In this document: positions 1 to 11,435 of the stretch, piece after piece | How positions within the stretch are numbered: the first letter of the stretch is position 1 | Layout: the number at the start of each line of letters is the position of its first letter | Source of the DNA: Folioceros fuciformis | Lineage: Eukaryota | NCBI GenBank assembly: GCA_049999805.1 | Contig: JBNGIO010006328.1 | Location: forward strand, 49,185-83,625 | Direction: 5' to 3' | DNA length: 34,441 nucleotides | Position numbers and translations under genes: made by a program | The notes under the pieces: generated by a model | What the model saw: only the letters and a program-made list of their open reading frames with translations | Told to the model about the DNA's origin: nothing | The model's database searches: none

Positions 1-1360
1 TGTGTAAGGCGTTTTGCCAACATGGCTTGGGATGTCGAGTTGACTTGTGGATTTCCAGCAGAGGATGTGAAGCAATCCAGCTTGTATAAATCAGCCTGTA
101 AGGTACCAAGGGCTAGAATACGGTCTGTCTGCATCTCTCGCAGCTCACAGTGATTTTCGCTGAAGGAAATATGAACCATCCAGTCCCTGCAGAGATGCCA
201 AATTGACATGAGATTTTTACACATATGTGGGACGTGTAGCACTTGGTGGAGCAAGCGGGTTGATCCATTTAGCAGCTGAATTTGCACAGTGCCGCAACCA
301 GCAACTGCAAGTCCACTCCCATCTCCAAGTAGGACAAATTGTCCAGGTGCATAGGCGTTATATTTTATGAAGCCTTCTCGCATGTAGCATATGTGTGCGG
401 AGGCACCCGAGTCGACAAACCAGTGATTTTGATCAGCCTTGGTGTGTGCGAGGAACACAATAAGAATGGTGTTTGGATTTATCGTTTTGGCCTGGGCAAC
501 GACATGAGCCTCAAGTGCTCTCCTCAGCTCCCTGGCTTTTTTCTTTCTACAGTCAACCTCTATGTGGCCTAGAAGACGGCACCAATTGCAGGTGAGTTTC
601 CTATGGTTGGGGTTTGGCGGAGCTCGACCTTCATTTGTCTTGCCTCTGCCTTGCGATGATGATGATGGTGGTCTTGTAGTAAAGCGGCCACCATGACCCC
701 CTCTTCCTCCTCTGCCAACATACAGGACCTGGTTGTGCAAACCTTGGCCTTCACGGCTTGAGTGCATGGTAGCTTCCTCTTCAAGAAAAGCACCAATTGT
801 GTTGGATAAGGACATAGTAGCAGCAGTAGCAGTCCTCAAGCTGCTGTTTTGTGTGCTGACAAATACCCGGTATTTGTCTGGCAGTGACATGAGCAAAGCC
901 ACCGAAGCCTGCAACTCCGTGACTATCGTGCCTGCAGATGCCAACTTCTGTCTAAGGTGGCAAAATTGCATCACATGCTCCTCAACACTATCCGTGTCCT
1001 TCATCTTACAATTCCAAAAAGATCTGGTGGCATGTACCAGGGAGGACTGATTTGTGGTCGCAAACATTTGTGACAAGGCTGTGTGCACGCCATGTGTGAT
1101 CCAAAGGCATCATCAATGTGGTGGATCATTGAACTATCGATGGTGGCCTCCAATATGGTCCTTGCTCTAAGGTCTTTCTTCATCCAAACTGCAACATCGG
1201 CCTGCGGTGCGTTGGCCCCTGGCTTGGAGATTGTGCCATCCACGATGTCCCACAATTCCTCGACTTGCAGCAAGGTCTTGACCCTACGAGCCCAGACATC
1301 ATAGTTTGCCCCAGAGAACCGGTCCTTGTCTTTGAAATCAAGGCGTGTCACACTCGCCAT
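1..1360 (-). pseudogene. copia gag-protease polyprotein remnant (frameshifted)
   Basis: ATG at 1360 (MASVTRLDFKDK). The gag frame is lost near ~1090, while zinc-knuckle and DSGAS motifs appear further along. Confidence 0.85.
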
Positions 1361-2359
1361 AATAGCTGGTGAGCTTATTAGCCAAGTAGGCAATGTTCCT
1401 TGGAACCAATGTCGAGATTTTGAGAATTTTGACGTGGTGAAGAAGAGCGGGCTTTCACAGGCGAGGTATCAGCATGCTGCCCTTTGCTTTTGCCTCGTGG
1501 CCTCTCAGCAGAAGTTGACCTCTTCGGAGGCATCAACCATGGTAGCAGGTTGTGTCATCAATAATAAATCTGGAGGGATTGTGGTGACCTGCTCCAGTCT
1601 CAAAAGTGCACACTGACACTTGCTGCAGCAAGAAAGTGCTGTCACCACGGCCAGATTCTGCCTTTAGTCCTTGCCGCCGGTACTTGAGTTTGCCATCGAT
1701 TGCTGTCACGTCTCTACCAGGCCTGATTCTGCTTGAGATTGTTGCCACCGCGGCTTGCACCTGCCCCGGCTGGTGCATCCATGGCTTGCTCCTACTCTAT
1801 TTAATGCTGCCGCGGCCGGATTCTGCTCCGCAACCATCCAGGAACACCGGGCCGGTTTGTGCCTACGGCTGGCAAGGAGCAGAGCCCTCACAACCACGCT
1901 CAATCGTGCCATGATTTGCTGCTGCGCCGCTGCAGGGTTTGATTCCCTACCTCCGTTGCTGCCGCAAATGTTGCCGTGGTTGGTTCCTTGTCCATCCATG
2001 TAAATCGGCAGCCTAGAGAGGCATCTGTGCAGCTTGAGATTCATTACCTCGCCTCGCACCTCGTGCATCAGGGCCTCAAAGGAAACAGGCACTCACTGCC
2101 ATGCAGCACCACGCCATCGTCGTGCCGTGCTGCGCTGTGGCATCACACCTCCGACCTCATGCACACGGCCGAGTGCTCCTTGAATTCCACGGCACAGATA
2201 AGAAAAAAAAAAACCGTTGGCCATGAGAGGCGCGATGCATCCCGGCTTGTTGCTCACAAGGATTTATTGCTCATATTTTCCTTTTTTTCATTTTTTTGTT
2301 TCAAAAAAAAGAAAGGAAGATCACAATCTCCTCCTCTCCATGGCATCTCTTACCACCTT

Positions 2360-2371
2360 GCTCTAATACCA
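2360..2371 (-). promoter_or_regulatory. Primer-binding site (tRNA-iMet type) of the left copia element
   Basis: Plus strand gctctaatacca reads TGGTATTAGAGC on the minus strand, one mismatch to canonical TGGTATCAGAGC. Confidence 0.8.
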
Positions 2372-2604
2372 TACAAAAACAAGAGAAGCGTCTTACATTG
2401 AGAATGATCGTGTGTAGTAGTGAATAACAAAAGCAATGTCTTGTGTCTTATGCCATACACTATGGCGGTTAGGTATTTAGTGATTATGTGTCTTTTCACA
2501 TTAGGCTATCTAGCCCTAGCTAAAACTTATTTAACTTAACCTAGTTGTTGACTAGCTGACGCTAGACTATTTCCTAGGCTTCACTTTGCAATGCTCACTC
2601 TAAA
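2372..2604 (-). repeat. Putative 5' LTR of the left copia element
   Basis: AT-rich ~230 bp directly abutting the PBS. Terminal TG..CA is degenerate and the partner LTR is not in the window. Confidence 0.5.
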
Positions 2605-4269
2605 TGTGTATGTAGTGGTTGGGAGAGGAGGGGGCTGAGATTACTAGGTGCGCATCCTAATAGCCAGAGATGGAAAGCCATCACACACACTAAAGGAGAA
2701 GATCTTCAGGATAATGGCATCAGGAGGAGTATTAACGAGCAAAGAGAGGAAGGAAGTTGAGTACTATAGTGGTGTGTACCTGTCAGGCAAGCACCAATTT
2801 GTGGACATCCAACTTAAAGAAGCTACTGTTTTGGCGCTTCCTTTAAAGGCATAGTGGCGATGGATCCTATCAGCCCCGTGGACGAAAGTCCACGCCGAGA
2901 AGGCTCTGGACCAAGAAGGAAGGGGGACCTGCAGGACTATGACCCATGAAGACATGGCAGTCACGGTTGTGCGAAAATCAAAGCGTATACAAAAGAAGAT
3001 GAAAGAGCTCATGCTGAGTAGTCCTTGTGCAGGAGTGGGGGGTAGTGGTATTGCCTGGCCATCGAAACCCAATGCAATTCGGAAACTTTTGAGTAAGGAA
3101 GACAACATGGATGGGAATTGACCAACTGGGGAAGTATGAGCGTCGGACTCGTCTATGGGTCCTATCTTGGAATGTGCGAGGTTTGGGAGGTTGGTCAAAA
3201 TCTGCCTCTAAGTGTCGTAGGCTGCAGCATCTCCTACGAGAGGAAATTACCTAGGCTGTGGTGTGTATTTAGGAACACAAAGTATCAGCCGACCACATAT
3301 CAAGAAATCAAGAAAATTTTCTTGCCAGGGCTTACAGTGTGGGTCCGGGCAAGAGCTACAGAAGAAGGAGCTAGTTCTTACCCTAGTGAGTATGATTCGG
3401 ACACGATGGGAGGTGTCTCTGTCACGATTCATCCAGAACAAGCACAAAACGTTTTGGAGACAGGGCAAGACGAATTGGGTAGATTTGTTTGGGTGGTGTT
3501 GTAGACTACTTAAGGGCCCTTGGGCATTTGCAACGTTTATGCCCCTAACGCTGGGTCGGAAAGGAGTCTCTTGTGGGGTCGACTAGGTGAACATCTGAAT
3601 GATCAGATACCATGGATGATGGCGGGCGACTTCAATTTTGTAGAAAGGCGTGAGGACATCCAAGGGGTCAGTGAGGTGGACATCCGAAGGGTGCCCTTAT
3701 CGTGGCAAGAGCTGAGGGATACTAATCTGAATGTGCAAGATCCTTGGATGGCTCTTCCGGCGCACCGTCACCAAGACTCTCTTAGATTCAGTTTGTCCAA
3801 TCAGCAGCCGGCATCTTATGGGGCTAAAAGGCTAGATAGATTTTATGTTTCCGCCAGGTGGCTGCCGTATGTGAAACAATATAGTATTTTGGCTAGTACG
3901 GTGCTATTAGACCACCACCTGATCAGCTTGCTTTTGCAGCTCTNNNNNNNNNNTACGGTGCTATTAGACCACCACCTGATCAGCTTGCTTTTGCAGCTCT
4001 CCCCCGAAGACTTCCGGCACAAAAGGGACAAAAGAGGGTTTCGCATGAATACTTCTCTTTTAGCGGAAGAAGGTGTGTATGAGCGCACTAAGGTTCTATG
4101 GCAAGGAATAGAACAAGGAGATGAGCTAGCACTGCAAAGGCTTATGAGTGCGAATACTGAAGCTACCACCTTTTTGAGGAGGCTTGGTTCACAGCGCAAG
4201 AAAGAAAAAGCCAGGATAGAGGACTTCCTTCGGGATGAATTGGGCTACGTCCAAAGAGCAGGAGAAGTG
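2605..4269 (+). mobile_element. L1-type LINE fragment: probable ORF1 3' end plus ORF2 APE endonuclease, disrupted and truncated before the RT
   Basis: APE motifs SWNVRGLG (~3165-3188), ICNVYAPN, WMMAGDFN, KRLDRFYVS and LDHHLI lie in shifting frames with stops. It ends at the copia LTR at 4270. Confidence 0.85.
3897..4000. other. Assembly gap (10 N, 3944-3953) flanked by an identical 47-bp duplicate
   Basis: 3897-3943 is identical to 3954-4000, typical of an unmerged contig overlap. Confidence 0.9.
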
Positions 4270-4540
4270 TGTAGGGTTAATAAAGCCCAATATGCTTAGA
4301 CTAATGTGTTTAGTATAAAATTAGTGTCTAGTTAAGTACCATTAGTTTAGATTAGCTTAAGCTAATCTGTAAGAAGCTTCTTGCGTAGCTTCCTGTGCGC
4401 TTCTTGTGAAGCTTCCTAGGGAGCTCTTCTAGAGAGTATAAATACCCCTACAACTCCCTTGCTATTGAGACTCTGTGTGAGAGTGTGACGTCTCTTTCTC
4501 CTCTCCTCCTTCACCATGCAGCTCCTCTAGCGATCCTTCA
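4270..4540 (+). repeat. 5' LTR (271 bp)
   Basis: tgtagggttaa...gatccttca, with TATAAATA at ~4437. Homologous to 9761-10051. Confidence 0.95.
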
Positions 4541-4542
4541 AT

Positions 4543-4554
4543 TGGTATCAAAGC
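4543..4554 (+). promoter_or_regulatory. Primer-binding site (tRNA-iMet type)
   Basis: TGGTATCAAAGC, 2 nt after the LTR end. Confidence 0.9.
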
Positions 4555-5317
4555 GGATGTGGAGCAACATGGTGATGTTCCTAACGCTGCGGACAAGGTG
4601 CTCAAGTCGACTGTGAGGGAGGCATCGGAGTGGGAGTGGCTGTATGCAGCATCCATAGGAGCACGGAGCTCCAAGAGCATGGGTGCCAAGGACGTTGCGG
4701 GCGCCCAGCCACAAGGAGAGCGGGGTGCAGTACGCTAGCCCACGAGGTGCGGGCACAGCAAGCCCACGGGGCTCTAGCAGGCAGACGCCCCAGCCATAGG
4801 GTGCTGCGGTGGTGCTGGGAGGGTGCTGCCAGGCCCCGACCCGGACGTAGCCGGGCCGTTAGGCACGGGGCGCCGGGTGCAGGGCACCAGACTCCAAGCC
4901 TCCAGGCGCCAAAGTGTCGACCTTGGGGCACTGGGGTGCCGCCAGGGCACAGCCAGGCAGGCCGGCAGGCGCGGATCCGGCTGGCGGACGCTAGCGGCGC
5001 CGACTCGGCTGACAGGCGAGGACCTGGTCGGCGGGCGAGGACTAGGCCAATGGGCGAGGACCCGGCCGACGGGCGCTAGATCGTGGACGCCGGATCGTCG
5101 AGAGCGCAGACGCCGAGAGCAAGGGTGTGGGCGCCGAACCAATCCCGGTCTCGGAAGTTAGGAATTCGATCGGACGACGGGAAACATTCCAGTTGTGAGC
5201 GACTGAGGCCCAAATTGTGGACAATCGTTTAGAACAAGATTGAGGGCAACAAAATCTACATTACAATTCGATTGTTTTCTAACTAGCCTTTTGCTTGATT
5301 TGCATCGATTTTGAAAC

Positions 5318-8300
5318 ATGGCGTCCTCAGAAAACATCATGTTCAATATCGAGAAGTTAGATAGTACTAACTTCCCGTTCTGGAAAGAATAAGTGTATAA
5401 TGTTCTAGTACAGAAGAAGCAGATCAAGCCCATCAAGCTGCTAGGAGTGAAACCTGTTACCATGACTCTGGATGAGTCGCAGGATCTAGATGAGCTTGCT
5501 AGGTCTACCATCATGCTAACATTAACGAAGTCGGTCTACTTCAACGTGAAAGACAAGACCACAAGTTACGAGCTATGACAGAAGTTGTGTGGCTTGTATG
5601 AGAAGCAAAGTGCGGCTTCTCACGTGTACTGGTTGAAACAACTGGTGGACTTGAAGATGAAGGAAGGGACGAGGATGTCCGATCATTTCAATGAGTTCAA
5701 TACCATTTTTAGCTAGCTCTCATCTCAAGGTATCTCGTTCCCAGATCCCGTGAGAGCTATGTTTCTGTTGGTTACATTACCAGAGAGCTGGGACACTTTT
5801 CGTACAGCTCTGAGTAATTCCGTTCCTGCCAGTGGTCTTACCGTTGTAAGTGTAGAAGGTAACCTGTTAATAGAGGAGGTGAACAAGAAGAATATGGAAC
5901 CTTCGAAAGGTTCCACTGCCCTCATGGTGAGAGGAAGGTCCACTTCAAAGGGGAAGTACAAAGAGCGAAGTCTTTCCCATAGTAAATCTCATAGTCGTAA
6001 CAATGTTGAGTGTTACCACTGTCACAAGAAGGGACACATCAGAAGGGACTGCGAGAAGTTCAAGAAGGACAAAGGCAAGGAGAAGAAGCAGAGCGACAAC
6101 AAGGCAAGTTCGAGTATTAAGCGTGACGAGGTGAACTCTATTGATGATGGAGATGTTTTTATCTCTTCTTCCTTCGATTCTGCACAACTGATAGCCGTGG
6201 AGAGTCACTTATTCTCTAATTGGATAATTGACTCTGGAACATCTTTCCATGTTACTCCGCATAGGGAGTGGTTTAGCACTTATGATGCTACTAGGAAAGG
6301 ATGTGTTCGGCTTGGAAATAACTACGCATGCGAGGTTGCAGGCTTTGCTGATGTGCAGCTGAAGTTTGACAACGGGTCTTCATTTGTGCTAAAGGATGTT
6401 AGGCATGTTCCGAAGTTGACAAAGGGCATGATTAGTGCAGGGCAGTTGGATGACGTTGGCTACCACTGTTGGTTTGGAGATCATTCTTGGAAGATCTCCA
6501 AAGGTTCTCTTGTGTTAGCTCGTGGATTGAAGTGTGGCACTTTGTACTCACTTCAGGTAACCACTGTCAAGGATCATGTGATTTGTGTAACGAAACAGCC
6601 AAGTGTTTCCTTGTGGCATAGTTGGTTAGGACATATGTCTCAAAAAGGAATAAAGATACTATCTCGTTTTGGTTGCGTCCCTGCTTTTGACTTCTCCGAT
6701 TTCTCCCTGTGTGAGCACTGTTTGTACGGGAAACAGACGAAGTCACCACATGGAGCAAGAGGTAAACACAAAAGTAAACCTCTTGAATTGGTTCACAATG
6801 ACGTTTGTGGACCTATGCCCATTGTATCGTTAGGCGGTGCATCCTATTTTGTCACTGTCATAGATGATTTCTCACGCAAGGTGTGGGTTTATTCTTTAAG
6901 GAAAAAGGATGATGTTCTGACAATGTTTTAGAAATTCGTCACCCTTGTGGAGAATCAGTCTGGCCTCCAACTGAAGTGTCTAAGGACAGACAATGGGGGA
7001 GAATATGTTTCAAAGGCTTTCCAGTCATTTTGTGATTCCAAGGGAATCAAGAGAGAATTGACTACCCCGTATACTCCTCCCTAGAATGGTGTGAAGCTGA
7101 ACGGATGAACAGGACCATCCAGGAGAGGATGCATAGTTTGTTGTCAAACTCTGGATTGTCTAACGGATTTTGGGCAGAAGCATTGTCTACTACGGTGCAT
7201 CTTATTAACAAATCTCCTAATAGGGCTATGGATGAACAGGTTCCAGAAGAGATGTGGTCTAGAAAGAAGCCGTCATACAAGCATCTATGAGTGTTTGGCT
7301 GCGAGGCATACTACCATGTTCCGAAAGAGTTTCAGGACAAGTTGGCTCCTAAGTCAAGAAAATGTATTTTTCTTGACTAATTTGTAGGAAGCTTCTTGTG
7401 AAGCTTCCTTGGCAGCTCTTCTAGAGGGTATAAATACTCCCCTTGAGCTCCCTTGCAATATAGAGAGACATAGAGAGTGTGAGACCTCTCTTTCTCCTCT
7501 CCTTCTTGCTTCCTCCTTCACCATGTGGCTCCCCTAGCGATCCTTCAACTGGTATCAGAGCCCAGGTTGTGGAACAAGATGGTGATGTCTGTAGGTGCTG
7601 CGGACAAGGTGCTCAAGGCTCCGGAGTGAAGGTAGCAAGCATCCTGGGGGCCGTCAGAGGCCACTCTGCTGCTAGGGGTGTAGGGGGCTCCAGCCTCGCT
7701 GTGCTCAGGCGGCGAAAGTGGTAGCGCGGAGCTACACAGTGGGAGGGCTCCGCTATGCCATCCCGCAACGCGGCTCCAAGAAGCGGGCAGCGCTAGGCCC
7801 CAGGGCGCGGGGCCTATTTTTCTTGGCTATGGTGACTCTGGTGAGATGGGATACCGTTTATGGGATCCAGAAGCCAAGAAGGTTGTTCGCAGCAATGATG
7901 GGTTCTTCAATGAGACCAAGATGCACAAGAAGCCAACTCCAACTGTGGAGGTGCGACGGGTGGTCTTCCAAGAAGATGCACTTGATCGTCACGGGTAGGT
8001 TGAACGTCGTGATGTGCAAGAACCCGTTCCTCCACTTGTAGAAGAAGAGAGAGTGCAACTAGCTCCAGTCAAAGGCGCCTATGCTTCGTAGGTCAAGAAG
8101 GATTTCACGTCCTCTTAACAAGTATGTTGTATCTCTTGATTATGTCATACTAACGGATTGTGGGGAGCCCTCTTGTTACCAAGAGGCCATGGCAGTGACT
8201 GACAAGGACAAGTGGGAGAAGGCGATGCAGTCGCAGATGGATTCGCTCTGTAAGAACCAAACTTGGGAGTTGGTTCGGCTGCCTAGGGATAAGAAGGCAT

Positions 8301-9718
8301 TGCCATGCAAATGGGTGTATAAGACAAAGGTCATATCCCATTACGGCAAACCCAAGTACAAGGCACGATTGGTTGCGAAAGGATTTAAGCAACAGCAAGG
8401 TATTGACTTTGATGAGATTTTCTCACCAATTGTCAAAATGACCACTTTGCGATGTGTTCTTGCTCTAGTTGCGAGGAATGACATGGAACTTGTCCAGATG
8501 GATGTGAAGTTGGCATTTCTGTATGGTGATCTCCAGGAAGAGGTATACATGCAGCAACCAGAGGGTTTCATTGAGAAGGGCAAAGAGAATATGGTGTGCA
8601 AGTTAAAGAAGAGGCTTTATAGTTTGAAGCAGGCACCCAGGGAGTGGTATGACAAGTTCCACTCATTTATGCTTTCTCAAGGCTACAAACGTAGCGATGA
8701 GGATCATTGCCTCTATACGAAGCAAGCTAAGGATGGAAGCTTGCTCATTTAAGTCCTCTATGTGGATGATATGCTAATTGCTGGGAATAGCAGTGATGAG
8801 ATTTCAGCGTTGAAGTCAAAGTTGAATGCTCGCTTTGACATGACAGACTTGGGAGAGGCCAGTTATATTCTTGGCATGCGTATTCGTTAAGACAGACATA
8901 AGCATTTGCTTTACTTGTCTCAGAGTGAATACATTAACATGGTGCTTCAACGTTTCAATGTGGAGAAGAGGAAGGTATTGAGTACTCCGTTGCCTCCATA
9001 TGTGAAACTTTTGAGCAAGGATTGCCTAAGCTCTACGGAGGACAAAGCTGAAATGGAGAAGGTTCGATACTCATCAGTTGTAGGGAGTTTGATGTATGCA
9101 ATGTTTGCTACACGTCCTGACATTGCTTTTGCAGTGGGAGTGGTTAGCACGTTTATGTCAAACCCTGGCAAGAAGCATTGGGAGGTAGTAAAAGGAGTTA
9201 TGAGGTATTTAAATGGTACAAAAGCTTTGTGCATATGTTTTGGTAGTGAAGATGCATCTGTCGTTGGATATACGGATGCTGATTATGCAAGGGATATGGA
9301 CAAAAGGAGGTCCGCATCAGGTTATGTCTTCATGTGCACTGGAGGGGTAGTCTCATGGCGATCTCGTTTGCAATCGTGCATAACGTTATCTACCACAGAG
9401 GCCGAGTATGTTGCAGCGACTAAGGCTTGCAAGGAAGCTATGTGGCTTGCTCGTTTAGTGGGAGATTTGGGGATCAAGGTTGAGCTGCCAGCGTTGCATT
9501 GTGATAGCTAGAGTGCTATCCAATTGGCGAAGAATCCAGTGTTTCATGCGAAGACCAAACATGTGGAAGTGAAGTATCACTTCATTCGAGAGGTGTTGGA
9601 AGATAAGAGGGTATAGCTTGTCAAAGTTTACACCAGTTAGAACCCTGTAGATGTTCTTACCAAGGGGCTCTCTACGAAGCAATTCGCACAGGCTCGAACA
9701 CTAATGGGCATGAGGTAG
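5318..9718 (+). pseudogene. copia gag-pol polyprotein with many premature stops and an internal insertion
   Basis: ATG 5318 (MASSENIMFNIEKLDSTNFPFW); CYHCHKKGHIRRDC; WIIDSGTSFH; integrase HNDVCGP, IDDFSRKVW, LRTDNGGEY; RT YKARLVAKG, QMDVK, YVDDM; RNase H GYTDADY, TTEAEY; terminal TAG 9716-9718. Confidence 0.95.
7376..7814 (+). repeat. Internal insertion: 5'-truncated LTR (to 7547), PBS (7550-7561) and leader fragment of a related copia copy
   Basis: Matches the 3' two-thirds of the LTRs, ends gatccttca and is followed by TGGTATCAGAGC. It interrupts the integrase C-terminal KCIFL|GYGDSGEMGYRLWDP. Confidence 0.92.
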
Positions 9719-9750
9719 ACCACTCTCCTATGAAGGTAAATTGGCCTTTA

Positions 9751-9760
9751 AGTGGGAGGT
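9751..9760 (+). promoter_or_regulatory. Polypurine tract
   Basis: agtgggaggt immediately 5' of the 3' LTR. Confidence 0.8.
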
Positions 9761-10051
9761 TGTAGGGTTAAGAAAGCCCAATGTGCTTAGACTAATGTGT
9801 TTAGTCTAAGATTAGTGTTTAGTTAAGTATCATTTGTTTAGATTAGCTTAAGCTAATCTGTATGAAGCTTCTTGCACAACTTCCTGTGCGCTTCTTGTGA
9901 AGCTTCCTTGGGAGCTCTTCTTGAGGGTGTAAATACCTCCTTGAGCTCCCTTGCAATAGAGACATTGTGAGAATGTGAAACCTCTCTTTCTCCTCTCCTC
10001 CTTGCTTCCTCGTCTCCTCCTTCACCATGTGGCTCTTTTAGCGATCCTTCA
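9761..10051 (+). repeat. 3' LTR (291 bp)
   Basis: tgtagggttaag...gatccttca. Homologous to the 5' LTR with an extra ~20 bp CT-rich segment. Confidence 0.95.
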
Positions 10052-10558
10052 TATGGTACCTTGTCCTTCTATTTTGTGAGTTGTATCATCTCCTAAACTT
10101 ACATATCTCGCCCCTTGTATTGGCTGCAGACTAGTAAAATAGGAGTGATGAGGGGTCATCTATTGGGAGGCCCTAGATTCAATATACCCTGCATGTTTAG
10201 CTTTTGATGCATAGCACGTGACCACAAGTGCTGAAATACTCTTGTCATGTGCAGCTTCTTCTACTTCATGCTGGACACATGCTGTAAGTGCTTTTGAGTA
10301 TTTCTTCATGGTTGCAGCCAGGTTGCTGCCTATGTGACTGCCTCCTAACTTGTTCGCCAATCTTTTTCTACAGACCTCCCATGTGTGGTTTGGAATTCCA
10401 CAATAGCCACATGGTGGCTTTGGTCTGCTAGGATTAAATGAGGTTTGTCGAGTTGGGAAGCCTCGGCCACGGCCTCTTCCTCTGCCCTTGCCTCTGCCTA
10501 TACCAAGCTTGTTGGTGAAGAGGGCTTTGCCCCCTGTAGCTATGGAAGATGTAGCCAT
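10052..10558 (-). mobile_element. Fragment of another copia-like gag/protease
   Basis: RG-rich linker, CCHC knuckle CGYCGIPNHTWEVC and a degenerate protease motif (GYIESRASQ, like WYIDSGAS). Confidence 0.75.
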
Positions 10559-11435
10559 TAAGATTCTTTAGAATATGCCACTTATTTTTCAACAAGGCAA
10601 AAGAATTCTTCACTTTCACTCTCCCCTTCTCAAGGATCGATTGAAATGTTTTTTAGTCCGATCTTCACCTGTTGCATGAAAAGGTTTCATGAGGAAAGGC
10701 ATTAATGGGTAAGCACTATCACCTAGGATATATGGAGTCATTTCAATATCTTCGATATGTAGAATAGGGTCTCTTAAAATAACACCTGTCTTCATCTCTT
10801 CCCATATGCTACTCTCCCTAAGAATTGTAGCATCATGAACTCCACCAGGATGAGTGCAACATATATAGATGAATTTTTTGTTAGCATCACATACACCTGT
10901 AGTACAATAGAGTGAATATCATGACGACACCAGTATGCAACTGGGTTATCTATCCTATTAGGTTGTGTAGCCCGCTTGATGTGAGAACCATGTATAGCTC
11001 CAACCATATTGGGTAGACCTGTGAGCTGCATGAACTTTGAAGTTGTTAGCTCTAGTTCCATCTTGTAGGCCAATGAACCAATATGGAAAATAACTTTTCC
11101 TCGTTACTCAATATCTCTGAAATCATAATGGTGTATTGAGCCACAGTCGAAGCTGTTACGCCATACATATCTGCAACAATATGAGGTGACAACCCCCTAG
11201 CAAGTATATGAGGTGACAACCCCCTAGCAAGTTAGGTGACAACCCTCTAGCAAGCCTATGGAGCACCATAGCAACTGCATGGTGGAGTTGAAGAGGTAGG
11301 GGCATGTAGGGTCGTAGCATATCAACTAAGACCAAAAAGTTAGGATATGATATTCTACAAGCAAATCGTCATTGAGCATCCTGCACCTTAACTCCATTTC
11401 TATGCCATGCTCGCATGTGAATATCTGCCAATAGG
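10559..11435 (-). mobile_element. PIF/Harbinger transposase (DDE_Tnp_4/HARBI1-like) remnant
   Basis: VAMVLHRLARG, GLPNMVGAIHGSHI, PGGVHDA, YILGDSAYPL and RVKVKNSFALLKNKWHIL occur in broken frames. Confidence 0.88.
11179..11254. repeat. Tandem 27-bp duplication plus a partial third copy
   Basis: atatgaggtgacaaccccctagcaagt at 11179-11205 and 11206-11232, with a partial copy at 11233-11254. Confidence 0.9.

Larger units (their letters stand above)
1..2604 (-). mobile_element. Ty1/copia LTR retrotransposon, 5' half (putative LTR, PBS, ~1 kb leader, gag, protease), degenerate; continues off the left edge
   Basis: Minus-strand gag N-terminus (RFSGANYDVWARRVKTLLQVEELWDIVDG), CCHC knuckle CNWCRLLGHIEVDC (~549-590), protease motif WFVDSGASAHIC (~387-422) and iMet-type PBS at 2360-2371. 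The LTR outer boundary (~2604) is approximate. Confidence 0.85.
4270..10051 (+). mobile_element. Full-length Ty1/copia LTR retrotransposon, inactive
   Basis: LTRs 4270-4540 and 9761-10051 (TG..CA), PBS 4543-4554, PPT 9751-9760 and copia domain order gag-PR-INT-RT-RH. Confidence 0.97.

Noticed and set aside
4602..5161. Several overlapping 110-150 aa ORFs
   Set aside because: They lie in the GC-rich copia 5' leader, are Arg/Gly/Pro-rich and show no domain. Stop codons are simply rare there.
10052..10060. tatggtacc after the 3' LTR, resembling a PBS of a tandem element
   Set aside because: Only TGGTA matches, and what follows is an antisense gag/protease fragment rather than leader sequence.
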